Assembly (NCBI GenBank): GCA_963816415.1 | Contig: CAWFKR010000014.1 | Location: 102,996-166,995 of the forward strand | Origin: an uncultured Pseudomonadota bacterium | GTDB taxonomy: Bacteria; Pseudomonadota; Gammaproteobacteria; Burkholderiales; Casimicrobiaceae | Reading direction: 5' to 3' | DNA length: 64,000 nucleotides | Part shown: positions 48,343 to 56,483 of the stretch, piece by piece | How positions within the stretch are numbered: the first letter of the stretch is position 1 | How the letters are laid out: every line of letters begins with the position of its first letter | Translations under genes and position numbers: made by a program | Notes under the pieces: model-generated | The model's database searches: none | The model's input: only the letters and a program-made list of their open reading frames with translations | What the model was told of the DNA's origin: nothing

Positions 48343-48709
48343 GAGGTCGGCGTCGGCCAGCTCGATGCGTCCCGGCGCGTCGAGCGCGGGAAACCGCCAA
48401 TTGGCGCAACCTCCACACGGGGCGTGCGGATGCGCTGCGCTCCTGGCAGTCTGGGTCGCGGTCGGGTGACATTCACGTTGCGGGGCGTAGCGCCGATGCT
48501 CCGGTGTCCCGAGGTAGCTCATTGCCGCACTCCGACCGGCGGCGTCATTTCGAATCAGACTGTATGCAGGTCAGCGGGACTCCTATGCGAAACGACATTA
48601 CCTCTTACGCGACGTTCATCCACCGCGCGATACGCCGTCCCACGAAATCGGCGCAACGTCTCACCGACATCGTTCGCCTCGGGTGCGAACTCCGGACGAG
48701 GAGAAGACC

Positions 48710-48880
48710 ATGAAACGTGCGCTGGTGGTGTCCATGTTGGCGGCCTTGCTGGGCGGTTGCGTCATCGCGCCATGGGGGTATGGCCATCGCGACGATGAAC
48801 AATATCGTGGCGACGCCCGCCACTCGTGGCACGACGGTGGCCAATGGCACGGTGACCACGACAGGTGGCCCGGAGGCTGA
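48710..48880 (+). CDS. Small lipoprotein with His/Asp/Trp-rich tail
   Basis: GAGGAG RBS, lipobox LGGC, tail RHSWHDGGQWHGDHDRW. Confidence 0.72.
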   Translation: MKRALVVSMLAALLGGCVIAPWGYGHRDDEQYRGDARHSWHDGGQWHGDHDRWPGG

Positions 48881-48987
48881 ACCAGCGGTCGGGGCCGGGT
48901 CGCGGCCGCAAGGCCGCCGGACGACGGGTAACGCGACGTCATGCCGCCGACAGCGCCATCGGTGCCAGCGGCATTTCGGAGGAAATC

Positions 48988-49815
48988 GTGACGAAACTCA
49001 TCGTGATCGCATTTGCAATGCTGTCGACGGCGGCGGTCGCCGCAGCCCCGGGCGCCACTGCTGTGGGTCCGGTCCAAGCCAAGGCGGCCTTCGGCACTGA
49101 CGTATCGGATCTATGGTGGAACCCTTCCGAAAGTGGATGGGGCATGCAGCTCGTCCAGGAGGGGGACTTCGTGTTTGCGACGGTGTATGCCTATGGTGCG
49201 AACGGAAGTCCGACCTGGATGACCGGCGAGCTCGTCGCAAACGGTGGCAGCGGGTTCAGCGGGCCCCTGTACGTGACAAGCGGCCCCTGGTTCGGAGGGC
49301 CATTTGATCCAACTGCCGTCGGTGTCCGTCAGGCAGGCACGATGACCGTCACCCTGCAGACGGCCGGAACTGCCGTCGTAGCGTATTCGGTCGACGGCGT
49401 GCAGGTGACCAAGGAAGTGCAGCGAGAGACCTTGGTCCTGGACAACTACACGGGCACCTACTTCAGCAGCGCCGAGTATCAGTCCTCCGGATGCTCGGAT
49501 CCGGCGCGAGACGGGGTGATGGTCGCTGCGGTCTCCATGAACGTCACCCAGGCCACCACGAACATGTCCATGGTCTGGGCATTCGACAACGGCAACGTTT
49601 GCACGTATTCCGGCGCCTATGGACAGGCCGGGCATCTGGGGACCTTCGTAGGGAACTTCAGCTGCAACAGCGGCGATGCAGGCCAGATGGTGCTGTATGA
49701 AATGACCTATCGGCCCGGCGCGATTTCCGGGCGATTCACCGGCAGTGGAAGCAATACAGGCTGCCAGTATGCGGGTTACTTCTCCGGGATCGACCCGAAT
49801 CTTCCTGCGCAATAG
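48988..49815 (+). CDS. Secreted beta-rich protein with DLWWNP.ESGWG motif and Cys-containing C-terminal domain
   Basis: GGAGG RBS + GTG, signal peptide, SDLWWNPSESGWGMQLVQ, four Cys in the C-terminal half. Confidence 0.8.
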   Translation: MTKLIVIAFAMLSTAAVAAAPGATAVGPVQAKAAFGTDVSDLWWNPSESGWGMQLVQEGDFVFATVYAYGANGSPTWMTGELVANGGSGFSGPLYVTSGPWFGGPFDPTAVGVRQAGTMTVTLQTAGTAVVAYSVDGVQVTKEVQRETLVLDNYTGTYFSSAEYQSSGCSDPARDGVMVAAVSMNVTQATTNMSMVWAFDNGNVCTYSGAYGQAGHLGTFVGNFSCNSGDAGQMVLYEMTYRPGAISGRFTGSGSNTGCQYAGYFSGIDPNLPAQ

Positions 49816-49819
49816 CGGC

Positions 49820-49965
49820 ATGCATTGCGCGCCGCTGACGCGCCGGGCCAGGCGACCGCTGAACCAAGGCTTGAGCTTTGAGCTAACCCAGAACCCGCCA
49901 CGCTGGCGCTGCTCGGGGTCGGCCTCGCGGGGATCGGATTCACGCGACGGCGCAGGCTGCGCTGA
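49820..49965 (+). pseudogene. Orphan PEP-CTERM tail
   Basis: 49888-49965 reads PEPATLALLGVGLAGIGFTRRRRLR*; in-frame TGA at 49879; no intact upstream body. Confidence 0.75.
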
Positions 49966-50168
49966 TCAACGCACGCGAGACGTTTGACGTAACGCAAGAC
50001 GCCGATCGCGCAGCGCGCATGCATTGAAGCCTCGCGCGCGACGTAGCGATCTTTCGCACCGAGCCTAATCGGACGCAAGCGCGAGAACGAGCGGCTCGCT
50101 TCGGCGAGCCGTTCGCGTTTTTGAGAGTCCGGCATCCGCGCGCCTCGGCCTGAGCGCACCTGCTGCGC

Positions 50169-50391
50169 TTGCTCGACCCGCGCAAGCGCGAGGCAGAGCT
50201 GCTAGCCGAGTGCGGGCTGTGCGGCACGATCACTACGCAGCCGCTCGATGCGGCGTGGCTAGTCGGGTCGGTCATATGCGGCGAGTGCGAAACCGCTATG
50301 CCGCTCAATTTGAGCGGCTCTCGACATGCTGGGACGGCAGGCAGTTCGTGCGCAGTCGATGATCGTGCAACTGCTGGCGAAGCGGCGGTAG
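50169..50391 (+). pseudogene. Possible degraded zinc-finger gene
   Basis: CGLCG...ICGEC; plausible helical C-terminus AALDMLGRQAVRAQSMIVQLLAKRR* only after a frameshift near 50313; in-frame stops upstream. Confidence 0.35.
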
Positions 50392-50565
50392 GCCATTCCT
50401 TCGCCGCGGTGCCGCGTGGCGGACCGTCGAGAAATCTTACAGTTCGCGCCCGTACGTGTACGCGTATTGCGTACGCACAGCCCGCAGAATCAAGAAGTTG
50501 GCTCGCGTGGCCTACGGGTTGCATGCGATTTGGCCCGTCGGGCGACGACACAGTCGGGGGGCATC

Positions 50566-50793
50566 ATGGTGCTGCGTGTGGAGATTGGCGGGCCGGCGCA
50601 CCTGTTCGCGCAAGAGATTCCATCGGGTGCCGTCGCGGTCGGCACCGTCATACGCAGGTCTGGCATGACTGGCGCCCTTCTGCGCTTCCGAAACGGGTCC
50701 TATGCGCAGATGAACGGCGCGGTGGTGAAGGCGCTTAATCGCCAAGATGTGATTCGCGCCATGCGCGAGCTGCAACCCGAGATGCTGGTATAG
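50566..50793 (+). CDS. Small hypothetical protein, tandem paralog A1
   Basis: 35 of the first 68 aa identical to 50802-51041, ungapped hand alignment. Confidence 0.82.
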   Translation: MVLRVEIGGPAHLFAQEIPSGAVAVGTVIRRSGMTGALLRFRNGSYAQMNGAVVKALNRQDVIRAMRELQPEMLV

Positions 50794-50801
50794 GGGTACT
50801 C

Positions 50802-51041
50802 ATGGTGCTGACAGTTGAACTCGGTGGCCCCGCCCATCTCTACGCACGAGCGATCCCGGAAGACCTGAGCGTGATCGGCATCGTCAAGCGCGACTCGGGA
50901 GAGATTGGCGCGCTCGTGCGGTATCTGAGCGGCAGCTTCGCTCAGCTTAACGGGTCAGTTCTACAGAACCTCAACTCGCGTGAGGTCCTTTGCGCGATCG
51001 CGGAAGCGTACATCGCGAGGATCGGGAAGCGCGCAACCTAG
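50802..51041 (+). CDS. Small hypothetical protein, tandem paralog A2
   Basis: MVL.VE.GGPAHL.A..IP...G.V.R.SG..GAL.R...GS.AQ.NG shared with A1. Confidence 0.82.
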   Translation: MVLTVELGGPAHLYARAIPEDLSVIGIVKRDSGEIGALVRYLSGSFAQLNGSVLQNLNSREVLCAIAEAYIARIGKRAT

Positions 51042-51205
51042 ACTCACGGCGCGCCCCTCCGCAACATAGATGCGTCCGACGATTGCCACATTGCACCCAT
51101 GTTCCCTCGCCGGCATCGGGCTCGCCGGAGTTGGATTCGCACGGCGCAAAGGGCAGCGTCTAACGGCATAGCTCGCGCGTATCGCTCGCAACGCCGACCA
51201 CGAAC

Positions 51206-51230
51206 GGCCCGCTTCGGCGGGCCTTTTCGT
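51206..51230 (+). terminator. Intrinsic terminator between converging paralog pairs
   Basis: GGCCCGC-TTCG-GCGGGCC-TTTTCGT. Confidence 0.82.
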
Positions 51231-51231
51231 T

Positions 51232-51483
51232 TCACCCGATGCCGCCTTCCTCCAGCAGCAGTTCGAGCAACAGATCGGCGATCACGGCCAGCCGGTCGCA
51301 CTCCGGACTCGGCCATTTACTGATCGCCCGCTGCTCGTCTCTCAGTGCGCGCTGCGCGGCGTAGATCGCGCGCTTCCGCAGCTGCGGATCGCGCCACGCC
51401 TCGGCAAACGAGATGCGCCGGTGTCCGACCGAGACGAGCTTCGGGCCGAAGTGCTCCGCGATGAACCGCACGCGATCGCGCAT
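51232..51483 (-). CDS. Small hypothetical protein, tandem paralog B1
   Basis: FGP.L..VG.RRISFAEAW..P.LR.RAI.AA and IADLLL..LLEE.G.G shared with 51567-51815. Confidence 0.82.
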   Translation of the reverse strand: MRDRVRFIAEHFGPKLVSVGHRRISFAEAWRDPQLRKRAIYAAQRALRDEQRAISKWPSPECDRLAVIADLLLELLLEEGGIG

Positions 51484-51566
51484 CGAACCATCCTACGCCA
51501 TTCGCGGCGACGCGACGTGGATCGCCGGACACCGGGCGCAGGTCGAGGAGTGGTTTCAGGCCGAAC

Positions 51567-51815
51567 TTAGGCCGGACCTGCACCAGACTCCTCTAGTAAC
51601 ACGTCGAGCAGCAGATCGGCGATCCTCACAATCTGCTTGCACGCTCCTATGCCTAACTCACGCCGCTGCACGTTCAAGACGTGACGGGCGGCGCCGATGG
51701 CGCGCGTGCGTAGCCTCGGGTTCTGCCACGCCTCGGCGAACGAAATGCGCCGCCGCCCGACCGCTAGGAGGTCCGGGCCGAAGTATTGGGAGATGAGATC
51801 GACGTTAGCGGACAA
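51567..51815 (-). CDS. Small hypothetical protein, tandem paralog B2
   Basis: 28 of the first 52 aa and 12 of 16 aa near the C-terminus identical to B1; TTG start uncertain. Confidence 0.78.
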   Translation of the reverse strand: MSANVDLISQYFGPDLLAVGRRRISFAEAWQNPRLRTRAIGAARHVLNVQRRELGIGACKQIVRIADLLLDVLLEESGAGPA

Positions 51816-51864
51816 CGGCGAATCGTCCTGACCGACGACGAGCGCAATGGCCAGTGATACGGGT

Positions 51865-52146
51865 TCAGGGCAATTGACGTCGCGGATTCCCCGAGCTTTC
51901 GGGAATTGAAGGCAAAGCCGGTAGATGACCGCTAATCACCTGCAGCGCAGGCGAAGCAGCGGTTTGCTCCGCTCGCGGTTCGATCGCTCTGGCCAAGTAT
52001 CGGCGAATGTCGTTCAGAACGTCGCCGACCATCGCGACGGCGACATACACATCCACCCGAGCGCAGCCGAAGCCTGTGCACAGGACGTCCACCTCCCGGT
52101 CGTCCGCAAGATTGAGGCGCACGACGTGTGGCTCCAGCGTTCCCAT
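51865..52146 (-). CDS. Hypothetical protein
   Basis: GAAGGA RBS + ATG; the C-terminal third may be out of frame. Confidence 0.5.
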   Translation of the reverse strand: MGTLEPHVVRLNLADDREVDVLCTGFGCARVDVYVAVAMVGDVLNDIRRYLARAIEPRAEQTAASPALQVISGHLPALPSIPESSGNPRRQLP

Positions 52147-52247
52147 GATTCCTTCGCCCTCATCGTATATTTGAGGGGCCGAATCTGCCTTGCGGCGTCC
52201 GTCCCGTCGTTGATGGAAATCAAGCGCCGAAGGCGTCGCCGCCGATC

Positions 52248-52538
52248 TCACCCCGCCCTTTTCCTCCGTGGCAACAGCCCCTTGTCGTGCAGGACGTCGC
52301 GCGTGATGAGCTCCCGCTGCGCATCGGAGATGCCGGGAAAGGATTTCCTGAGTCTCACATCGGTATCTACAAACGCGTGGAATGCCCGCAGCTGTAGGCC
52401 GGTAAGCGGTGCGTCAGTGGGGAGGCCCAACTTCCGGAGCGTTTGGCGGCGCTCATGGATTCTGACGAGCTTTGTCAGCAACAGTACCAAGGCGACAACG
52501 ATGACGCCAAAGCCGATCGGGAGCCAGTAATGTCCCAT
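52248..52538 (-). CDS. Small single-TM protein of unknown function, paralog of 45860-46144
   Basis: GGAGG RBS; 32 of 54 aa identical over the soluble core. Confidence 0.82.
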   Translation of the reverse strand: MGHYWLPIGFGVIVVALVLLLTKLVRIHERRQTLRKLGLPTDAPLTGLQLRAFHAFVDTDVRLRKSFPGISDAQRELITRDVLHDKGLLPRRKRAG

Positions 52539-52764
52539 GGGGTTCCTCCGCTTGGAAGGCTCACTGCGTGCCACGCAAGCATCATGCCAATGTCTGGAGG
52601 AACACGAGCGATGCGCGTCCGTGGACCAACGGCGTAGGTGTAAGCTACGGCCCCGATTGCGCGGCCCTTTGCGCGCTCATGTTGGACCACGTCTGTCAAC
52701 GGACGCCTTGGGCGCTCTTTGGACTAACTACAGGGGGTTTTCAGAGGGAAACCGGCGGGGGCAT

Positions 52765-52802
52765 CGGACTTTGCCGGACGTTGCTGGAGGTGGGATTGGC
52801 GG
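52765..52802. repeat. tRNA-Ser 3' junction, partner of the 47054-47091 repeat
   Basis: CGGACTTTGCCGGACGTTGCTGGAGGTGGGATTGGCGG, overlapping the last 6 nt of the tRNA. Confidence 0.72.
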
Positions 52803-52886
52803 ATGGGGTGGGATTCGAACCCACGAATCGCTTGCACGATTGCCGGATTTCAAGTCCGGTGCATTCAACCGCTCTGCCACCCATCC
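52797..52886 (-). tRNA. tRNA-Ser (anticodon TGA)
   Basis: Acceptor GGATGGG/CCCATCC + G + CCA, anticodon arm CCGGA-CTTGAAA-TCCGG, long variable arm, T-arm GTGGGTTCGAATCCCAC; 90 nt. Confidence 0.97.
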
Positions 52887-53081
52887 CCGCACCGCCGGGC
52901 AGCCGCCTGCCGGTTGATGCCGCCGGGAAGCGACCCCATCTTAACATGCGCATCGCGGGACCCTGGAACCCGCCTCGATCGCCAATCGATTGAAACTACT
53001 GCGGGTTCTGCTAGTCTTACTGTCGTAGACGCCCATTCCGGGCAGGGATATCGGGGGCAATGCCCCCATTGCGGAGGTCTC

Positions 53082-53789
53082 ATGGATCCAAGGTTGCAAC
53101 CCGTTTTCAGCCGCGAGCCCGTCGGAGGGCAAGTCGCGGCCGAGACCCAGAATCGCGTGCTGCGCAATACCTACTGGCTGCTCGCGCTGTCGATGCTGCC
53201 AACGGTCGGCGGGGCATGGGCGGGCATGCAGTTCAACTTCGTCAAGCTGTTCATCGCCTCGCCGACGCTGACGCCGCTGCTGATGTTCGGCGTGATGATC
53301 GGCGCGTTGTTCGGTGTCACCGCACTGCGCAACAGTGCGTGGGGCGTGCCGGCGCTGTTCGGCTTCACGTTCATCGCCGGGCTGATGCTGACGCCGATCC
53401 TGTCGGTGGCGGCCGGGTTCAAGAACGGGGGACAGCTCGTCGCGCTCGCGGGGGGCATGACGGCCGCGATCTTCTTCGCGATGGCGACGCTCGCCACGGT
53501 GTCGAAACGCGATTTCTCGTTCCTCGGCAAGTTCCTGTTCATCGGACTCGTGCTGCTGATCGTCGCGTCGCTCGCCAACCTGTTCTTCCATGTGCCGGCG
53601 CTGTCCCTGACGATCTCGGCGATCGCAGTGCTGATCTTCTCGCTGTACCTGCTGTTCGATGTCCAGTCGATCGTGCGCGGTGGCGAGACGAACTACATCT
53701 CGGCGACGCTGAAGCTGTTCCTGGACGTCTACAACATCTTCATCAACCTGCTGAACATCCTGCTCGCGTTCTCGGGGCAGCGCCGCTGA
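53082..53789 (+). CDS. yccA: Bax inhibitor-1/YccA family membrane protein
   Basis: NRVLRNTY.LL.LS, DFSFLG, D.Q.I..GGETNY..ATL.L.LD..N.F. Confidence 0.92.
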   Translation: MDPRLQPVFSREPVGGQVAAETQNRVLRNTYWLLALSMLPTVGGAWAGMQFNFVKLFIASPTLTPLLMFGVMIGALFGVTALRNSAWGVPALFGFTFIAGLMLTPILSVAAGFKNGGQLVALAGGMTAAIFFAMATLATVSKRDFSFLGKFLFIGLVLLIVASLANLFFHVPALSLTISAIAVLIFSLYLLFDVQSIVRGGETNYISATLKLFLDVYNIFINLLNILLAFSGQRR

Positions 53790-53810
53790 CGCAAGCACCG
53801 GCGCAATTCA

Positions 53811-53843
53811 CGAAAACGGGGCGATCGCATCGCCCCGTTTTCG
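53811..53843. terminator. Bidirectional intrinsic terminator
   Basis: CGAAAACGGGGCGAT-CGC-ATCGCCCCGTTTTCG between converging yccA and rlmD. Confidence 0.9.
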
Positions 53844-53853
53844 TTTCAGGTAG

Positions 53854-55197
53854 TCAGGGCACGAACACCGCGACCGACTCGACGTGCGCCGTGTGCGGGA
53901 ACATGTTGATCACCCCTGCGCTGTCGAGGCGATAGCCGCGTTCGTGGACGAGGATGGCCGCGTCGCGGGCGAGGGTGGCGGGATTGCAGGACACGTAGAC
54001 GATGCGCTTCAGCGCCCGCTCGTCGTCGCGGTGGGGCAGCGCCCTGGCGAGCTCGGCGGCGCCTTCGCGCGGCGGGTCGATCAGCACCCGGTCGAGATGA
54101 CCCAGTTCCGAAATGGTGTCGCCGGTCGCTGCGAACAGGTTGGCGCAGACGAAGGTCGCCGCCGCCGACAGGCCGTTGAACTTCGCATTCGCTTCCGCCC
54201 GGGCGACGAGCGCCTTGCTTCCCTCGACCCCGACCACGCAGGCGCCGCTGCGCGCGATCGGAAGGGTGAAATTCCCCAGCCCGCAGAAGAAGTCACCGAT
54301 GCGCTCGCCGGTCTGCGGGCCGAGAAGCTGCAGCGCGCGGCGCACGAGCACGCGGTTGATCGCGGCGTTGACCTGGGTGAAATCCGTCGGCGCGAAGGGC
54401 ATTGCCACGTCGAATTCGGGCAGCGTGTAGGCCAGCGCCGCCACCGGCGGATGGAAGGGGACGACGGTGTCGGGTCCGCCCGGCTGCAGCCAGAATTCGA
54501 CCTGCTGCGCATCCGCGAATTCGACGAGCTTCGCGCGGTCCGTGTCCGACAGGGGTTCGAGGATGCGCAATACCAGCGCATACACGAGTCCCTCGCCGGT
54601 CGCATTGCGGGAACCCGGGGCGAGGCGCTCGCCGACGGCGAGCTCGATCTGCGGCAGGCGGGTGCGGATCGACAGCGATTCGACCAGCGTCCGCAGCCTG
54701 GGCAGCAGCGCCGAGACCTTCTCCGGGATCACATGGCATTCGCGCATGTCGGCGACAAAGCTCGACTTGCGCTCGTGGAAACCGATCAGCACGCCGCCCT
54801 TTTTCGCCACGTCGCGCACCGACAGGCGCGCGCGATGGCGATAGCCCCAGGCCGGCCCGGCGATTGCCGGCAGCACGATGTCCGGGCGCACGCGTCCGAT
54901 GCGCCACAGCGCGTCCTCGAGCGCGCGTTGCTTGGCCGCGACCTGCAGGCTCGGGTCGGCGTGCTGCAGCGTGCAGCCGCCGCAGACACCGAAGTGGGGG
55001 CAGCGGGGCGCGACGCGCCCTGGGTTCTCGGTGCGCACGGTGACCACGCGCGCCAGGTCGAAGCTCGGCTTGCGCCTGACGATCTCGACACCGACCTCTT
55101 CGCCGGGCAGTGCGCCTTCGACGAAGACGACCTTGCCCTCGGCGTGCGCGATGCCGCGGCCTTCCTGGTCCAGCGATTCGATGGTCAATTCGATCAT
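53854..55197 (-). CDS. rlmD: 23S rRNA m5U1939 methyltransferase
   Basis: TRAM domain, [48 protein letters not shown]. Confidence 0.95.
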   Translation of the reverse strand: MIELTIESLDQEGRGIAHAEGKVVFVEGALPGEEVGVEIVRRKPSFDLARVVTVRTENPGRVAPRCPHFGVCGGCTLQHADPSLQVAAKQRALEDALWRIGRVRPDIVLPAIAGPAWGYRHRARLSVRDVAKKGGVLIGFHERKSSFVADMRECHVIPEKVSALLPRLRTLVESLSIRTRLPQIELAVGERLAPGSRNATGEGLVYALVLRILEPLSDTDRAKLVEFADAQQVEFWLQPGGPDTVVPFHPPVAALAYTLPEFDVAMPFAPTDFTQVNAAINRVLVRRALQLLGPQTGERIGDFFCGLGNFTLPIARSGACVVGVEGSKALVARAEANAKFNGLSAAATFVCANLFAATGDTISELGHLDRVLIDPPREGAAELARALPHRDDERALKRIVYVSCNPATLARDAAILVHERGYRLDSAGVINMFPHTAHVESVAVFVP

Positions 55198-55252
55198 GGC
55201 GGTCGGCGCGGATTGTACGCGCTGCCCCTCCGCGGCCCGGTAGAATGCAGCG

Positions 55253-55945
55253 ATGAAAATTGTCGCCGTCGACAGTTCGACCGACTGGTTGTCGGTGTGC
55301 GCCTCCGACGGGATCCGTGTCGTCGCCTTCCGTGAGCGGGCCGGATCCTCGTCGTCGGAGCGCATGCTGCCGCTGGTCCGCCAGGCACTGGCGGAGGCGG
55401 GATGGACGCTCGCGCAGCTCGACGGCGTCGCCTACGGTGCCGGGCCCGGTTCGTTCACCGGCATCCGCATCGCCTGTGGCGTCGCCCAGGGGCTGGCACT
55501 CGGCGCCGATCTTCCGGTCGTCGGCGTGTCCACGCTGGAGGCAGTCGCTCACGCCTGCGGGCGCACCCACGGCGCGCAGCGCGTGCTCGCCTGCCTCGAT
55601 GCCCGGATGCGCGAAATCTACGTTGCGTCCTACCTGCGCGAAACCGAAGGATGGCGCCTTGCGGGCGGGCCGACCGTGTGCAAACCCGACGAGCTGCAAC
55701 GGCCCGATCCAGGCCCCTGGCACGGCGCGGGCGACGGGTTTGCTGCATATCCGCAACTGGCGGCGCGTCTGCGCCTCGCCGCCGTCGATCCGGCGATCGT
55801 GCCGGATGCGCAATGGATCGCCGATCTCGCGCTGCCGCGATTCGTGGCGGGCGAGGGGTTGCCCGCCGACCAGGCGCAGCCGCTCTACGTCCGTCAACGC
55901 GTGGCATTGACCACCGTGGAACGCGCCGCGGGATTGAGGCTGTAG
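55253..55945 (+). CDS. tsaB: tRNA t6A biosynthesis protein TsaB
   Basis: AVDSST, GPGSFTG.RI, DARM.E.Y, P.YVR. Confidence 0.93.
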   Translation: MKIVAVDSSTDWLSVCASDGIRVVAFRERAGSSSSERMLPLVRQALAEAGWTLAQLDGVAYGAGPGSFTGIRIACGVAQGLALGADLPVVGVSTLEAVAHACGRTHGAQRVLACLDARMREIYVASYLRETEGWRLAGGPTVCKPDELQRPDPGPWHGAGDGFAAYPQLAARLRLAAVDPAIVPDAQWIADLALPRFVAGEGLPADQAQPLYVRQRVALTTVERAAGLRL

Positions 55946-55958
55946 CCCGGGCTGCGCG

Positions 55959-56483
55959 ATGGCGACGCTGCCGAAGCCGGATCCCGTGGTGACCGAGAGC
56001 ATCGCGAGCGTCGAGTGGCGTCCGATGACCCCGGACGACCTGTCGGTGATCGCAGAACTCGAGGCCCGGATTCACGCCGCCCCCTGGAGCGAAGGCAATT
56101 TTCGCGATGCGCTGGCCGCCGGGTACTCGATGCGGGTTGGCGTCCGTCACGGCCACATCGTCGCCTACGGTGTCCTGATGCTGGGTCCGGGCGAGGCCCA
56201 GCTCCTCAACCTGTCGGTGGTGCCGCAGGCGCGCCGCGAGGGACTGGGTCGCGCGCTGCTCGCGCAGTTCATCGACGACGCCCGGTGGCTTTCCGCCGAG
56301 CAGTTCTTCCTCGAGGTGAGGGTCGGCAACCTGCCCGCTATCGCGCTTTACGGCGCGGCAGGATTCTCGCCGGTCGCCCGCCGTGCGGGCTACTACCCGC
56401 CGGCGGTACCCGGCGGCGCCCGGGAGGATGCGCTGGTGATGCGCTGTCCGCTCGGGTTGCCGCAGCGTCCGGCCTCCCGTTGA
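55959..56483 (+). CDS. rimI: Ribosomal protein S18 alanine N-acetyltransferase
   Basis: PWS...F, LNLSV....R.GLG, LEVR..N..AI.LY...GF, RR.GYY, EDALVM. Confidence 0.92.
   Translation: MATLPKPDPVVTESIASVEWRPMTPDDLSVIAELEARIHAAPWSEGNFRDALAAGYSMRVGVRHGHIVAYGVLMLGPGEAQLLNLSVVPQARREGLGRALLAQFIDDARWLSAEQFFLEVRVGNLPAIALYGAAGFSPVARRAGYYPPAVPGGAREDALVMRCPLGLPQRPASR

Larger units (their letters stand above)
45800..52796. mobile_element. Integrase-less accessory island at the 3' end of tRNA-Ser
   Basis: Run of small unknown ORFs; visibly lower GC (one hand-counted 60-mer at 50761 is 55% vs 73% at 1021); abuts tRNA CCA end; degenerate junction copy at 47054-47091; left boundary approximate. Confidence 0.7.

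Noticed and set aside
49776-50159. Minus-strand 127-aa ORF and the C-terminal part of ORF 50169-50738
   Set aside because: The first is antisense to the PEP-CTERM tail; the second runs out of frame across paralog A1.
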